Shown: piece by piece, positions 1-12,114 of the stretch | Numbering within the stretch: the stretch's first letter is position 1 | Layout: the number at the start of each line of letters is the position of its first letter | Origin: Heterodontus francisci | Taxonomy: Eukaryota | Length of the DNA: 64,000 nt | Assembly (NCBI RefSeq): GCF_036365525.1 | Contig: NC_090397.1 | Coordinates: 44,718,893-44,782,892, forward strand | Direction: 5' to 3' | The notes under the pieces: generated by a model | The model's input: the letters and a program-made list of their open reading frames with translations, nothing else | Databases searched by the model: none | Told to the model about the DNA's origin: nothing | Position numbers and translations under genes: made by a program

Positions 1-682
1 TTGTCAGCCTCCATGGGAAAGCAAATGAACTGTTAACGCCTCACAAACAGGGACTTGTCAGATCGCTATGGGCATAGCAAATTGACTGATGTTGCTGATG
101 TCGTTCTAACCAGAAGCAGTTTGGACAAGCCAGAGGGGTCAGATGCTTCTAATCCCCACTGGGATATGTTGAGAGGCAACAGCACTACCCGAAATATTCT
201 GCCCAGATCACCCTGATAGATCCAGCAGAATGTCCTATTCTGACTGTAGGAAAGTATAACTGCTACAGTAAATCTAATTAATTGATCTCAGGAGGGGCGG
301 AGACTGAATTTCCATTCCATGTAACTAACAGAGCGATATCCTGGCAAAGGCCTGGGTCGCTTTCTGTTCCCTGAAAAGGAAAGGTATACATTTTCTTCCC
401 TAGTTCTTTGGACCTCAGGAACCCTCTGCTGGAATGGCACGGTATGGCTCTGATTTCCACCTTTACAGTGAGGCAGCAGCCTCTACTGTGCCAGTACAAG
501 TTTGGACATCCACTCCAATTAATCAAATGACTGCATTCCCAGGATTTAGGATAGGTCAGCTGCAAGCATAGCAGCAGATGAAAGTTTAATCCATCACACT
601 TCTGTCCCCTCACAAAGATCGGTGGAGTTGCCTACTCCCTGTTCACAGGAAAAATCAAGTCTAAATAATCCAAGATTGTTTC

Positions 683-1000
683 GACTGGTTGGGGAATCTA
701 GAATGCGGGGGCACAGTCTCAGGATAAGGGGCCAATCATTCAGGGCTGCGATGAGGAGAAATTACTACACTCAAAGGGTTGCGAATCTTTGGAATTATCT
801 CCCCTCGAGGGTCGTGGATGCTCCATCATTGAATACATTTAAGGCTGGGATAGATAGATTTCTGGTCTCGCGGGGAATCAACGGATATAGCGAGCAGGCA
901 GGAAAGTAGAATTGAAGCCCAAGATTAGCCATGATCACATTGAATAGCGGAGCAGGCTCGATGGGCCATATGGTTTACTTCTGCTCCTATTTCTTGTGTT
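683..1000 (+). mobile_element. CR1 LINE 3' fragment
   Basis: Encodes the CR1 ORF2 C-terminus (RMRGHSLRIRGQSFRAAMRRNYYTQRVANLWN) followed by the CR1-type 3' end (...GGCCATATGGTTTACTTCTGCTCCTATTTCTT). Confidence 0.85.
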
Positions 1001-1164
1001 TCCTCTAACATTTGTAATTAAAGCCATTTGATGGTGATGAATTTAGGATACTGTAAAAAGAATTTCCACAAGGACACACACACACAAAGGCTTTTAACAT
1101 TTAAAAAAATATCAATGCATCAATTAATTATTGATTAGCTATAATCAGTTAAACAATGTTGTAC

Positions 1165-1247
1165 CTTTTTAAAGCCTCGTGTAATGATATGTATTTGGAT
1201 TTCAAATGGCCAATTTGAGTTCCTGCGATTTTTCCAGCAACAAACAA
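1165..1247 (-). CDS. CCDC146: Coiled-coil domain-containing protein 146, second coding exon (83 nt)
   Basis: Minus strand reads ttctaactttcAG|TTG TTT GTT...TTA AAA AG|GTac = LFVAGKIAGTQIGHLKSKYISLHEALK. This matches recalled human [28 protein letters not shown] and joins in phase 0 to the exon at 34590-34742. Confidence 0.9.
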
Positions 1248-1427
1248 CTGAAAGTTAGAAAAGAAAGTTGTGTTTGAGTAATAGTAATGTATATTGTACA
1301 ATGTCAAGGTTACTGCTTTTTACTCGATATAATCACTATTAGTGGAGAAAGAAAATTATTAATATTTCCATCTTTAATATCTTATCACAATGTCATACAT
1401 GGTAAAATCAAATTTTTATATGTCATT

Positions 1428-1795
1428 TAAAAAAAAATTCTTTCATGGGATGCGGGTGTCACTGTCAAGGCCTGCATTTGTTGCCCTAATTGCCCTTGAT
1501 AACTGAGTGACTTGCTCAGCCATTTCAGAAGACAGTTACGTGTCAACCACATTGCTGTGGGTCTGGAGTCACATGTATGCAAGGTTTCCTTCCCTAAAGG
1601 ACATTAGTGAACCAGATGGGTTTTTACAACAATCAATGATTAGTTTCATGGCACCATTACTGAAAATAGCTTTCAATTCCAGATTTTTACTAATTAATTG
1701 AATTTAAAATTCCACCAGCTGCCATGTCTCCAGGCCATTAGCCTGGACCTCTCTATTACTAGTCTAGTGACATTACTACTGCGCCACCGTCTCCC
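1428..1795 (-). mobile_element. tRNA-headed SINE composed of the 5' ~300 bp and 3' ~65 bp of the LINE family at 61630
   Basis: Reverse complement starts GGAGACGGTGGCGCAGTAGTAATGTCACTAGACTAGTAA and matches 61630-61945 up to AGCAAGTCACTCAGTTATC. It then joins directly to AAGGGCAATTAGGG...CATCCCATGAAAGAA, the 3' end also seen at 34030-34105 and 45785-45858. Confidence 0.8.
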
Positions 1796-2056
1796 CTGGT
1801 AAATATATAGGCCCCGGAAATCTGTATGTTGTAATCCTAGTAGATACACTAGGATCACGTTTGATGGTTCCCTCCAGCCCTGATCTTGAGAAATTGTGTG
1901 GGATCAATGAGATGGCACCTATCTTGTATGGGGCTGATGAGTGCTCATGTCACTACAGGTGAATCCTGGAGACACTTCACCTCACTGACAGAAAGTTCTG
2001 TGTTCTCTGCCGAAACCCCATGCAGTTCTCCACTTGGGCCCTTTGGTTGAGGAGCA

Positions 2057-4977
2057 ATCCAGTGGCCCAGACTTATTCTCCAGCAACATGAGTTTAAGCC
2101 CCACCACGGCAGCTGTGGGCATTTAAATTCAATTAAATAATAAATCTGGAATAAAATGCAAATCTCATTAAGAATATAAGAAATAAGAGCTGGAGTAGAC
2201 CATATGGCCAGTCAAGCCTATTCCGCCATTCAAAACGATCGTTGCAATCTTTGGCTTTGACTCCACTTCCCCGCATGCTCCCCATATCCCTTGATTCCCT
2301 GAGAGACCAAAAATCTGTCTATCTCAGCCTTACATATATTCAATGATGGGGCATCCACAGTCCTCTGGGGTAAAGAATTTCAAAGATTCACAACCCTTAG
2401 AGTGAAGAAATTTCTCCTCATCTCATTAATAATGATCATGGATCTACTGGATTGTTGCAAAAACCCATCTGGCTCATTATTGTCCTTCAGGGAAGGAAAC
2501 CTGCTGTCCTTCCTGGTTTGGTACACATCAATGTGGTTGACTCTTAACTGCCCACTCAAACAACCACTCAGTCGCATCAAAAGAATAAAACTAGGTATCG
2601 ACCTAGGCAACGGAAATGCCAAATGTTCACCCTGTCCTGTGACCTTGCAAAACCCTCCTCATTAACATCTGGGGAATTGAGGAAAAGCTGTCCCACATAC
2701 TAGTCAAGCAATAGCTTGACATAGTCATACTCACTGAAACATACCTTACAGCCAATGTCCCAGACTCCTCCATCACCATTCCTGGATACGTCCTATTCCA
2801 CTGGCAGAACAGACTTGCCAGAGGTGGCAACACAATGGTATACAGGTGGGAGGGAGTGGCGCTGGGAGTTCCCAACATTGACTCCGGACCCCATGAATTC
2901 TCATGGCATCAGGTCAAAATGGGCAAGGAAACCTCCTACTGATTACCACGTACTTCAACTGATGAATCAGTACTCCTTCATTTTGAACACCTCTTGGAAG
3001 AAGCACTGTGGGTAGCAAGGACACAGAATGTACTCTGGGTGGGGGAACTTCAATGTCCATCACCAGTGTGGCTGGGTAGCACCACTACTGACCGAGACCT
3101 GAAGTATATCTGCCAGGAGGCCTGTGGCGGGTGGGTGAGAGAACCAACAAGAGGGAAAAACCTACCTGACGTTGCCCTCACAAATGTATGTGCTGCAAAT
3201 GCATCTGTCAATGACAGTATTGGTAGGAGTGACCACCACACAGTCCCGTCTTCACATTAAGGTCACGATCCATCATGCTGTGTAGCTCTATCACCATGCT
3301 AAATGAGATAGATACAGAATAGATCTAGCAGCTCAAAACTGGGCATCCATGAGGTGCTGTGGCCCATCAGCAGCAGCAGAATTGTATTCAGCCACAATAT
3401 GTAACCTCATGGCCTGGCATATCCCTCACTCTACCATTACCATCAAGTGAGGAGATTCAAACCTGGGTCAATGAGGAGCGTAGGAGAGCATGCCAGGAAC
3501 AGCACTAGGCATACCTAAAAATGAGGTGCCAACCTGGTGAAGCTACAAGACAGGATGACATGCATGCTAAACAGCAGAAGCAGCATACTATAGACAGAGC
3601 TAGGTGATCCCACAACTAACAGACCAAATCAAAGCTCTGCAGTCTTGCCACATCCAGTCATGAATGGTGGTGGACAATTAAACATCTAACCATAGGAGGA
3701 GGCTCCAAAAACATCCCATCCTCAATGATGGTGCAACCCAGTACATGAGTGCAAAAGACGAGCCAGAAATGCTGAGTGGATGATCCATCTTGGCCTCCTC
3801 CTAAGGTCCTCACCATCATAGATGTCAGTCTTCAGATAATTCGATTCACTCGACGTAAAATCAAGAAACCGCTGAAGACACTGGTTACAGCAAAGGCTGT
3901 GGGCCCTGACAGTTCAGTTTGGGTTCTGCCAGGGCCACTTACCTCCTGACCTCATTGCAGCCTTGGTCCAAACATGGACAAAAGAGCTGAATTCCAGAGG
4001 TGAGATGATAATAATTGCCCTGGACATCAAGGCAGCATTTGAGCGAGTGAGGCAACGTCAGGTAGGTTTTTCCCTCTTGTTGGTTCTCTCACCCACCCGC
4101 CACAGGCCTAGCCTGGCAGATATACGTCGGGTCTCGGTCAGTAGGAGCGCTGGCAAAATTGATGTCAGTGGGAATCGGGGGAAAATTCTTCACTGGTTGG
4201 AGTCATACCTAGCACAAAGGAAGATGGTTGTGGTTATTGGAGGCCAATCACCTCAGCCCCAGGACATTGCTGCAGAGGACACTGCTGCAGGAGCTCCTCA
4301 GTGTAGCATCCTAGGCCCAACCATCTTCAACTGCTTCATCAATGACCTTCCTTCCAACATAACATCAGAAGTGGTGATGTTCACTGATGATTGCACAGTG
4401 TTTAGTAGCATTTGCAACTCTTCAGATACTGAAGTACTCTATGTCCACATGGAGCAAGACTGGGACAACATTCAGATTTGGGCAGATAAGTGGCAAGTAA
4501 CATTTGCGCCACAAAAGTGCTGGGAAATGGTCATCTCCAACAACAGCGAATCTGATCATCTTGCCTTGATGTTCGATGGTATTGCCATTGCTGAATCCCC
4601 CACCATCAATATCCTGGGTGTTATCATTGACCAGAAACTTAACTGGACCAGCCGTACACACGTTGCAATGCTGCAACTCACGAAGGCTCCTTTTAAACCT
4701 GCGACCACTGCCACCTAGAAGGACAAGGGCAGCAGATGCATGGGACCATCACCACCTGCAATTTCCTTTCCAAGTTACTCACCATTCTCACATGGAACTG
4801 TATCACAGTTCCTTCACCGTTGCTGGGTCATAATCCTGGAATTCCCTCCCTAATAGCACTCTGGGAGTACCTGCACCCATAGCAGTTTAAGAAGGCAGCT
4901 CACCACCACCTTCCCAAGGGCAACAAATGCTGGTCTTGCCAGTGACGCTCACATCCTAAGAAGGAATAAAAAAAAAT
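2057..4977 (+). mobile_element. Decayed near-full-length copy of the tRNA-headed LINE (CR1/L2 group; exact clade uncertain)
   Basis: Contains a 5' head remnant, APE endonuclease motifs (DIVILTETYL, VLWVGELQC, SIGRSDHHTV) and RT motifs (ALDIKAAFER, PQCSILGPTIFNCFINDLP, MFTDDC). Has internal deletions and an A-rich 3' end, and is interrupted by a CR1 fragment at 2172-2419. Confidence 0.85.
2172..2419 (-). mobile_element. CR1 LINE 3' fragment inserted in the LINE 5' region
   Basis: Antisense EMRRNFFTLRVVNL plus CR1 3' UTR, flanked by the direct repeat ATCTCATTAA (2162-2171 and 2420-2429). Confidence 0.8.
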
Positions 4978-5149
4978 CCTCAAAATTTTCCAGAGTATGA
5001 CAGCAAAAAGTACACTTTTGACTTAAAAGATCAGTTCTCAACCCATGAGAATCTGGATGGCCTTTAATGTCCATGTGAAATGGGCACCGCATGTGCAGTC
5101 TGTGAAAACAGAACAATTTTGATGCATGCTTTTATAATCTTGTCACTGG

Positions 5150-5570
5150 ACTTAACCACCACTCTCCTTGTCAGCCTTCCAATGTTTACCATTCATAAAC
5201 CACAAGTCATCTAGAATGTTATGGCCTGTGCCCTCACCTACATTATGGCCTGTATTACCATCCTCAAAGCTCCATTGGCTTCCTGTGTTCCAGAGAGTTA
5301 ACTTTATTAAGACTTTTGTCCTCACCTTCAAATCCATGGCCTTTCTCATTTCTACTTCTGTAATCAGTTCCAGTCGCATGTCCGTAAATGTATCCACCAG
5401 TTTTCCAACACCATCCTGCTTCTCAATCTCTGCTTCACCCTCAGCAGCTGTTACTTTGCCACTCCTAACCCTCCTCCCTTTTCCCTATCATTGTGTCCAC
5501 TCAGCTTTTGAACACCATGTAAAGTGCTCAGTCTCTGTACATAATAAGCATTAAAGGAATGCAAGTTATT
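5150..5570 (+). mobile_element. Old L2 LINE 3' fragment
   Basis: L2-type motif PVLPSSKLHWLPVFQRVNFIKTFVLTFKSM and a degenerate ...AATGCAAGTT 3' end. Confidence 0.6.
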
Positions 5571-6574
5571 TTTGAAGTGACAACTATATATGCTCATTAA
5601 GGGCTTCGATACTTTAAAACAGAATTTGGAAAATAGGGCTTCCCAATGTTTTGTAATTTACAGAACTGTTGCTTTTGGTAAAATAAAATCCCAGAATGGT
5701 ACATAGCTGTTTTGAATTTGAAATATTTTATTGCTAGAAATGACTTCATCATGCAAACAATATTGCACTGCAACATTCCAAAATATATTCTGGAAGATGG
5801 AAAGCTATGTACAAATTTATGACCCATTTTAGTTTTCAAGTGGATCCTATATTTTCAACTAGTTCAGAACCAACCAAGAGACCATTTGTCACTTTCGCCT
5901 TAACAACTGTTCCTTTGGAAAACTTAGTCATCCTGGATGTCAGGATGTAAACATTAATTCCAAATGCCGCAAACATTAATTTCTATGACAACAGCATGTA
6001 CGTCAGGTCATGCTGTTACTTCCTGTAAAGCAAAGATTGAGTTTTTTTTTTCTTAAAATACTCTTTGTAGTTTCTTTTGTACTGAAATTCAAAAAAAATC
6101 ATGGAGACAAATTTTCTCTTCACATTAGTATGCCAAAGCAATGTTATGAACTTTTGACATTTTCAAGCTGAACAAATGGAACATTTTGTGCTCGGACAAA
6201 CATGTAGCTGGTCATAAAATAATGGTACTCAGGAAATACAGTACTTCAAAATGTGTTTATCCTTCAGGAGACAAATGCGCAAAATAATACAAATCATGAC
6301 ATTTCAGACACATTAACCCATGGTAGGAAATTAATAATGAGGTCTACCTTTTTGTATTATTAGCTATCAATGATCTTAATCTGTATAGGGGCTTAAGATA
6401 TCTAGTCCCTTCTCCTGGTTCTTGGACATATCTGGGCAGTGTTGGAAACTGGTTGGGAATGCACTCTGCAGTATGCCCTCCTTCTCCACCCTTCTCTCCT
6501 GTTGCATAAGATGCAGCTACCCGTATGTTGGCAGTGCAGATGCATACAAATGAGATTTAAATCAGAGAAACACA

Positions 6575-7900
6575 GGGCAGAATTTTAACTACCAAAGGCG
6601 AGGGGGGTTGGGAGGGGTGGGGGAGGTTCGGGTGCAGTTGGGTTTAAGGCCCCAAAAAGTGGGGTTAGGTCAAAGATCCGACAGAATCCCACACACTTTA
6701 ACCCAGGCGAGTTTGCAGGCAAGTGGGGAACCCCCATGGAGCTGTCGGAAGTAATTAAAATATTTAAATCCCCAGTTAACTCGGAATTTAACACAGATGT
6801 CTGACTTTAACAGTCACTCATGTGTTTCCCAAGCTGTGTGGACCTCTCCAGCATCAACCAGGCGAGCACACAGTGGGGCTTTCTTCTTCAGTGGAACTGA
6901 CAGGCTGGGAAGCCTTCAAACAGTGAAACTGAAGACCTGCAGCCATGCCTAGGTGAGAGGCTGTTGCTCACAGCACTTCTGAGAGCGTGCTCTTCCTGGT
7001 TGACAGATGATTTCCAACTTATAGGAAGTCAGTTCACCTGTCTAAGACTTCACTCACCTTGATTTGCACTTCTCTGCTGTCAGCCTTTACTTCTGCTGCT
7101 CTACCTTTAATCTTTGATGAGGAACAAGAGGAGCAGCAACACTAAGAGCACCAGGAGCAACACGAGCAGCTGCATCAGCTGCCTTTCCTCTGCCACATGC
7201 CACCCCACAGGACAGAGGCAATGGGCATAGAGGTCCAGCTCAAAGAAGGCGAATCCCCCAACACAGGGTCTGCAGGCAGAAGATCAGCTCTCAACATGTG
7301 AGCACTAGTGCCTCAGGAGGCTCAGGCTTTCACGGCATATCATTACGGATATCTGCAGCCTCCTGGAACAAGGCTTCCTTCCCAGTGGACCAGTTGGGCA
7401 CGCATTGCCAGTGGTTGTCAAGGTCACTGTCACTGGAGGTCCACCACCCCCCCCATTCTCTCACACCCTGGAGTTCTGCGCTCTTTTCTCCTGCAAGGAA
7501 AGAAAGCAGAAAGTTGTGAATGTGGGAAATGGATTGTGTGGAGAGGAGGGAAGAGCAGCATTTGTGGAGGGTGACTGTGAGGCATGAGTGTGAGATGGCA
7601 CAAAGATGAGGGCGAGTCAGCATTGGCTGTCCAGATAGGGATGTGAGGAAGTGCTTGAAAAGAATGAGGGGAGCTGCATGGTGTGTTGGTCTGAAGGCTT
7701 TTGTGCAGGAGACTGCTGGGAAAGTCAGAGTGTAAGCTTGGCTCCTGAAAGTGTTATGCCAGTCACCTTCTGAACTTCTTGGGACAATGTCTCCAGGTTC
7801 AAGGGACTGCACTCCTCTGCTGCTCATTTCTGCAGCCACTTCCATCCGTAACTGCTTGGTTTGAGAGATTAGTCTCTTCCTCCCAGCAGGACCTCTAGGT
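6575..7900. mobile_element. Harbinger/PIF DNA transposon remnant (transposase N-terminus on +, Myb/SANT fragment on -)
   Basis: Left end GGGCAGAATTTT. 7260-7430(+) gives CLRRLRLSRHIITDICSLLEQGFLPSGPVGHALPVVVKVT, a HARBI1-like N-terminus. 7760-7860(-) gives a Myb-like MEVAAEMSSRG fragment. Confidence 0.65.
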
Positions 7901-9677
7901 AAGAGTCAGAGACAGGAGAAGTGGGTGGGGAGGAGGGGGCGGGGGAGGGCAGCGTGCAACCTTCCCAGGTCTCCTTTCCATTTCTGTGGTTGCTGAAGCC
8001 TCAGGAATCAATGCACAGTTCAGCCATTTTGACCCCTATTGGGATCCCTTTAACTAAAAAATCTTTCCTTTGACAGATTTGGCACGTTATCCCATCTGCC
8101 CTCTCTGTTTGGTTTGGAAACCTGGAAGTGGGATGCCAATGCTGTGGTTGAGTTAAAGAATCATGGAAAAGCCACTTCAATGACAAATGAGTCCCACCCC
8201 GCTGCAAGCGGGTCTGTTTAGATAAACTTCTACCCATAGCTTCTGCTGCTTCTTCAGGTATTTGGCCTGCGGATACCATACTCAACGGGCTGTCTGTTAA
8301 GTCTTGGCGACTAGCGTTCAAAGATCAGCAGTGGGGGAACTCAAAAGGTTTTTTGGAGATGGGTCCTTGCAATTCACTCAAAGCATAATCATGAAGAGGC
8401 CCCAGAAGCAGCAGCAAGATTTTTTTTTTAATTCAACCATTTTCAAGGCAGAATGGAGCCTCCTCCTTTTTCCTGAAGCAGTCTCCAAGACCTGCTTCAC
8501 CAAGTTTCCTGTTCCAGTTCAGTACAACCAGCTGGCAGACGTTGGGGACCATGTTTCCAGCCTGCGGATAACAGGTAAAAAGTTGTTCAGGGAACATCCC
8601 TATGGTGGATGGAAGTCACCCCATCAGAAAGCCTTTTCCTATTGTCCATTTGTCTGCAATTGAAACTCAGCACAACTCCAAATGTAATTTACAGCAATGT
8701 TGGAAAATTTAACCGTGCACTATGTTTCATTCTGCTCTATCATTAGGACTCTAAAAAAAAAACTAGAACACATTTTTCATTGTGGTCCTAAAATATTAAT
8801 TCCTGATGAAAAGAACCTCACTACCCACCAACATGATGATGAAATGTGACTATGCTGCAGTCTTTTCAGTAGTACTAAATGGATTTTGTTCACTGTAGTA
8901 ACACTGTACATTTTTGGCAGTTCTGAATTTCCTTTAATTTTTTTATGCCAGCTGTAACGGCAGCAGCCCATTAATATTGTGTAAATAGCCTGTACAACTA
9001 AGCCAGGACACAATTCCATGGTTGACTGGGTCGTACTAATGCATATAACTACCTGAAATTCGTGTGTAAATGTGCGGAAGTACAAGAGATGTAACGGCCA
9101 ATTACTCGCCAAAACATCACACAAGCATGTTTCCATTCCCTTAAACTATTATTATTCCTAATACGACTATTTTAAAAATGGTTATTTGTACAAGTTTGGC
9201 ATTTGTCAGCATAGCAACTTTATCGTCAATAGTACCATTAACAACTATTGCAAACTCTAACACAGAGATTTAAACCATTTGTTTTGCAGCATATTTTTCA
9301 TGATAGGTGGTAGTAAGGATAGGAGTAAATTGCCACTCCACCGGGGCAGCGCCTCGACAATCCTGGTAACCTGTTGCAGTGCAGATTGTTGGACTGTTGT
9401 GATATCCTGCAAACCCCTTTGAGCACTGTAATCCACAGCCATGATGGCAGCTGTCTGAGCCTGCATGGCACCCATCTGGGATTGTTGCAAGGCAACAAGC
9501 AGCGATCTCATGACCTCAGTTTGAGCTTCCACTGCAGGACTCAAACATTGGACGGACTATGCCTCTGCTGCAATGGAAGCTGAAATGTGGGCCATCAGAC
9601 GCTGGATCACGGCTGGGTCCATAAGTGTTATCATGGAATTGGCAACCACTTCTATGCTGGAAAGGATGGGTTCGAAG

Positions 9678-9809
9678 CAATGTTCCCATTGGAGTGCATT
9701 GGTGATTTATTTAACGGCATGGCCTCTTTAAAGTTTTTTGCATGGCAACTTAAAGGGGTCGAGTTGTGCGGGGTCTTTTGGGTTGCTGCACGGCTTACAG
9801 GGAACATTG
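9678..9809. mobile_element. 132-bp hAT-type MITE
   Basis: TIRs CAATGTTCCC / GGGAACATTG; 8-bp TSD GTTCGAAG (9670-9677) / GTTCCAAG (9810-9817). Confidence 0.85.
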
Positions 9810-10705
9810 GTTCCAAGCTGTGTGTGAAACCCTCTGTCAAGTTGTACCCAGGCTCCTCCCTGCTCCTTGACAGTGGCAACTGGTTCTTTGACAGGCTTGT
9901 CAATGCACCAAGCATGCCCATCAACGTTCTCCTGTGTGCCGCCCCATCAAAGTCCTCATCTGAGTTCTCTACAACAGAACATGTGTGCAACCTTGCCCCC
10001 ACCCCCAATGGTGCTGGCACACATGCTATCCTTTTCCTCTGGGCTTACTGCAGCCCACTCGTGTTCGGTGACTCACCAGGTGCATACCCTGCCTCTATAC
10101 CATCCGCTAAGGTACGGGCAGTGCCAGTATCTGAGCTGGTGGCTGAATGTGTCAGATCAAGTGACTGTTCTTCCTTAGAGGTGTGCTCTTCCTCTGGGTC
10201 TTCCTGCAAAGCGTGACTAAAAGATTGATAAGGAAGGTAGAATTAATACAAGAGAAAGCTAGCTAGAAATATAAAGTAAGATAGTAAGAGTTTCTATAGA
10301 TATTTTAAAAAGTAAAGAGTTAACAAAATGAGCGTTGGTCCTGTAGAAAGTGAGTCTGGGGAATTAATAATGAAGAACAAGGAGATGGCAAATGAATTGA
10401 ACAGATATTTTGCATCGGTCTTCACTATTGAGGATACAAGTAACATCCCAGTATTTGCTGTAAGTCAGGAAATGGAAGGGAGGGAGGAACTCAAGAAAAT
10501 GACAATCACCAGGGAAGTGGTACTGAACAAATTCTTGGAGCTGCGGGCTCACAAGTCCCTGGGTCCTGATGGACTTCATCCTAGGGTATTAAAAGAAGTG
10601 ACTAGTGAGATAGTTGATGCGTTAGTTTTAATTTTCCAAACTTCCCTAGAGTTGGGGAAGGTTCCATTAGATTGGAAAATAGCAAATGTAACTCCTTTAT
10701 TCAAA

Positions 10706-11827
10706 GGCTGTGTTTGCTGACAATGCAACCACTAGGTGGCGCAGTACTTGCACATGCACAAATGCAGGCTCTTCAACTGGAACATCAGTGTCTGCAACGT
10801 TCAGGCAGCTGCCAGGATGAAAGATGGCGCTGCTCAATTTATCACAGGAAATGTTTATGGCTAGATGTTCCAGCAAACTAACCTTACATTAAGTTGGATT
10901 GAAGCCCAGTAATATGCTATTAGATATTTTGCATCGGTCTCAACTACTGAGGATACGAGTAACATCCCAGTATTTGCTGTAAATCAGGAAATGGAAGGGA
11001 GGGAGGAACTCAAGAAAATTACAATCCTCAGATCCATTTAATATTCCAGTAATCCTATTAAATACAAAAGGAATTTTATGATTGAATTTCCATTGGAAGA
11101 TAGTGAATTGATCCCCGTCACTCGCTCCCAGCCTACTGGCCGCGCTCCCCCCCTCGGCAACTCGTTTTCTGCCCCTCCTCCCCACCGGCCACTTCCCCCC
11201 ACCCCGCCCCACTCAGCCGCTTGCTCCAGGCCTCGCTGCTCTCCCCCCACTCCCATGGCTGATTGTTTCCCGCTATCGCCACCCCCGTTCTCCGGTCAGT
11301 CGCTCACTCGCTCCCCGCATCCCCCCCCACCATGCTCCAGCCGCTAGCTCTAGGCCGCACCGCTTTCCTTCTCTCAGTCACTCGCTCCTACGTTTGATCA
11401 GTCTCCAAGCGCCGCCCGAAGCAGCAAGGCGGGCCGCAAGGGGTGACATAGGAGGTGGTGGCTGAGAGGAGGGAAGCAGCGCGGCCTGGAGCTAGCGGTA
11501 GGAGGTGGGGGCGGGGGGAAGGTGTGAGCGAGCGGCCGGAGAACGGGGTGGTGTGAAGAGAGGAACAATCGGCCAGGGGAGAGCAGCGAGGTCTGGAGCG
11601 AGCGGCTGAGAGGAGGAAGCGCCAGGACGGGGATCGAGCTCCAGCCTCAGTCTCCCATTCAGTTGCTTCCTCCAGCCGAGCGGGGGCTGGATACCCGACG
11701 TGGCTTTATCGCGCATGTGTGAAGATGGACCAAGCGCAGATATGCGATGACATTGGGGCCGCGCGATAACGTTATCCTGCGCACGCGCCACTTAGTCCTG
11801 GCAAGATGTAGCTACGCATGTGCTTTG
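10706..11827. mobile_element. Unclassified 1.12-kb insertion with GC-rich internal inverted repeat
   Basis: Flanked by the 9-bp direct repeat TTATTCAAA (10697-10705 and 11828-11836). Imperfect inverted arms at ~11205-11390 and ~11450-11615. Confidence 0.7.
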
Positions 11828-12114
11828 TTATTCAAAAAGGGAGGTAGACACAAAGCAGGGAACTATAGGCCAGTTAGCTTAACATCTGTCTTAGGGAAAA
11901 TGTTAGAAGCTATTATTTAAGATGATATAGCAGGGCATTTAGAAAAATACAAGGTAATCAGGCAGAGTCAACATGGTTTTATGGAAGGGAAATCATGTTT
12001 AACCAATTTATTGGAGTTCTTTGAGGGAGTTACATGTGCTGTGGATAAAGGGGGACCGGTGGATGTACTGTACTTAGATTTCCAAAAGACATTTGATAAG
12101 GTGCCACATCAAAG

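Noticed and set aside
1-620. 111-aa minus ORF (278-613) as a CCDC146 exon or new gene
   Set aside because: No resemblance to the expected next CCDC146 peptide (about TQESEVQLLQNAKRF) and no recognisable motif, so it is left unassigned.
3963-4718. 251-aa ORF as an intact or domesticated RT
   Set aside because: It is a partial RT with an inverted non-coding insert and deletions, inside a decayed LINE copy.
9587-10216. 209-aa plus-strand ORF as a novel gene
   Set aside because: It is the antisense shadow of the Harbinger Myb-like C-terminal region and runs through a hAT MITE.
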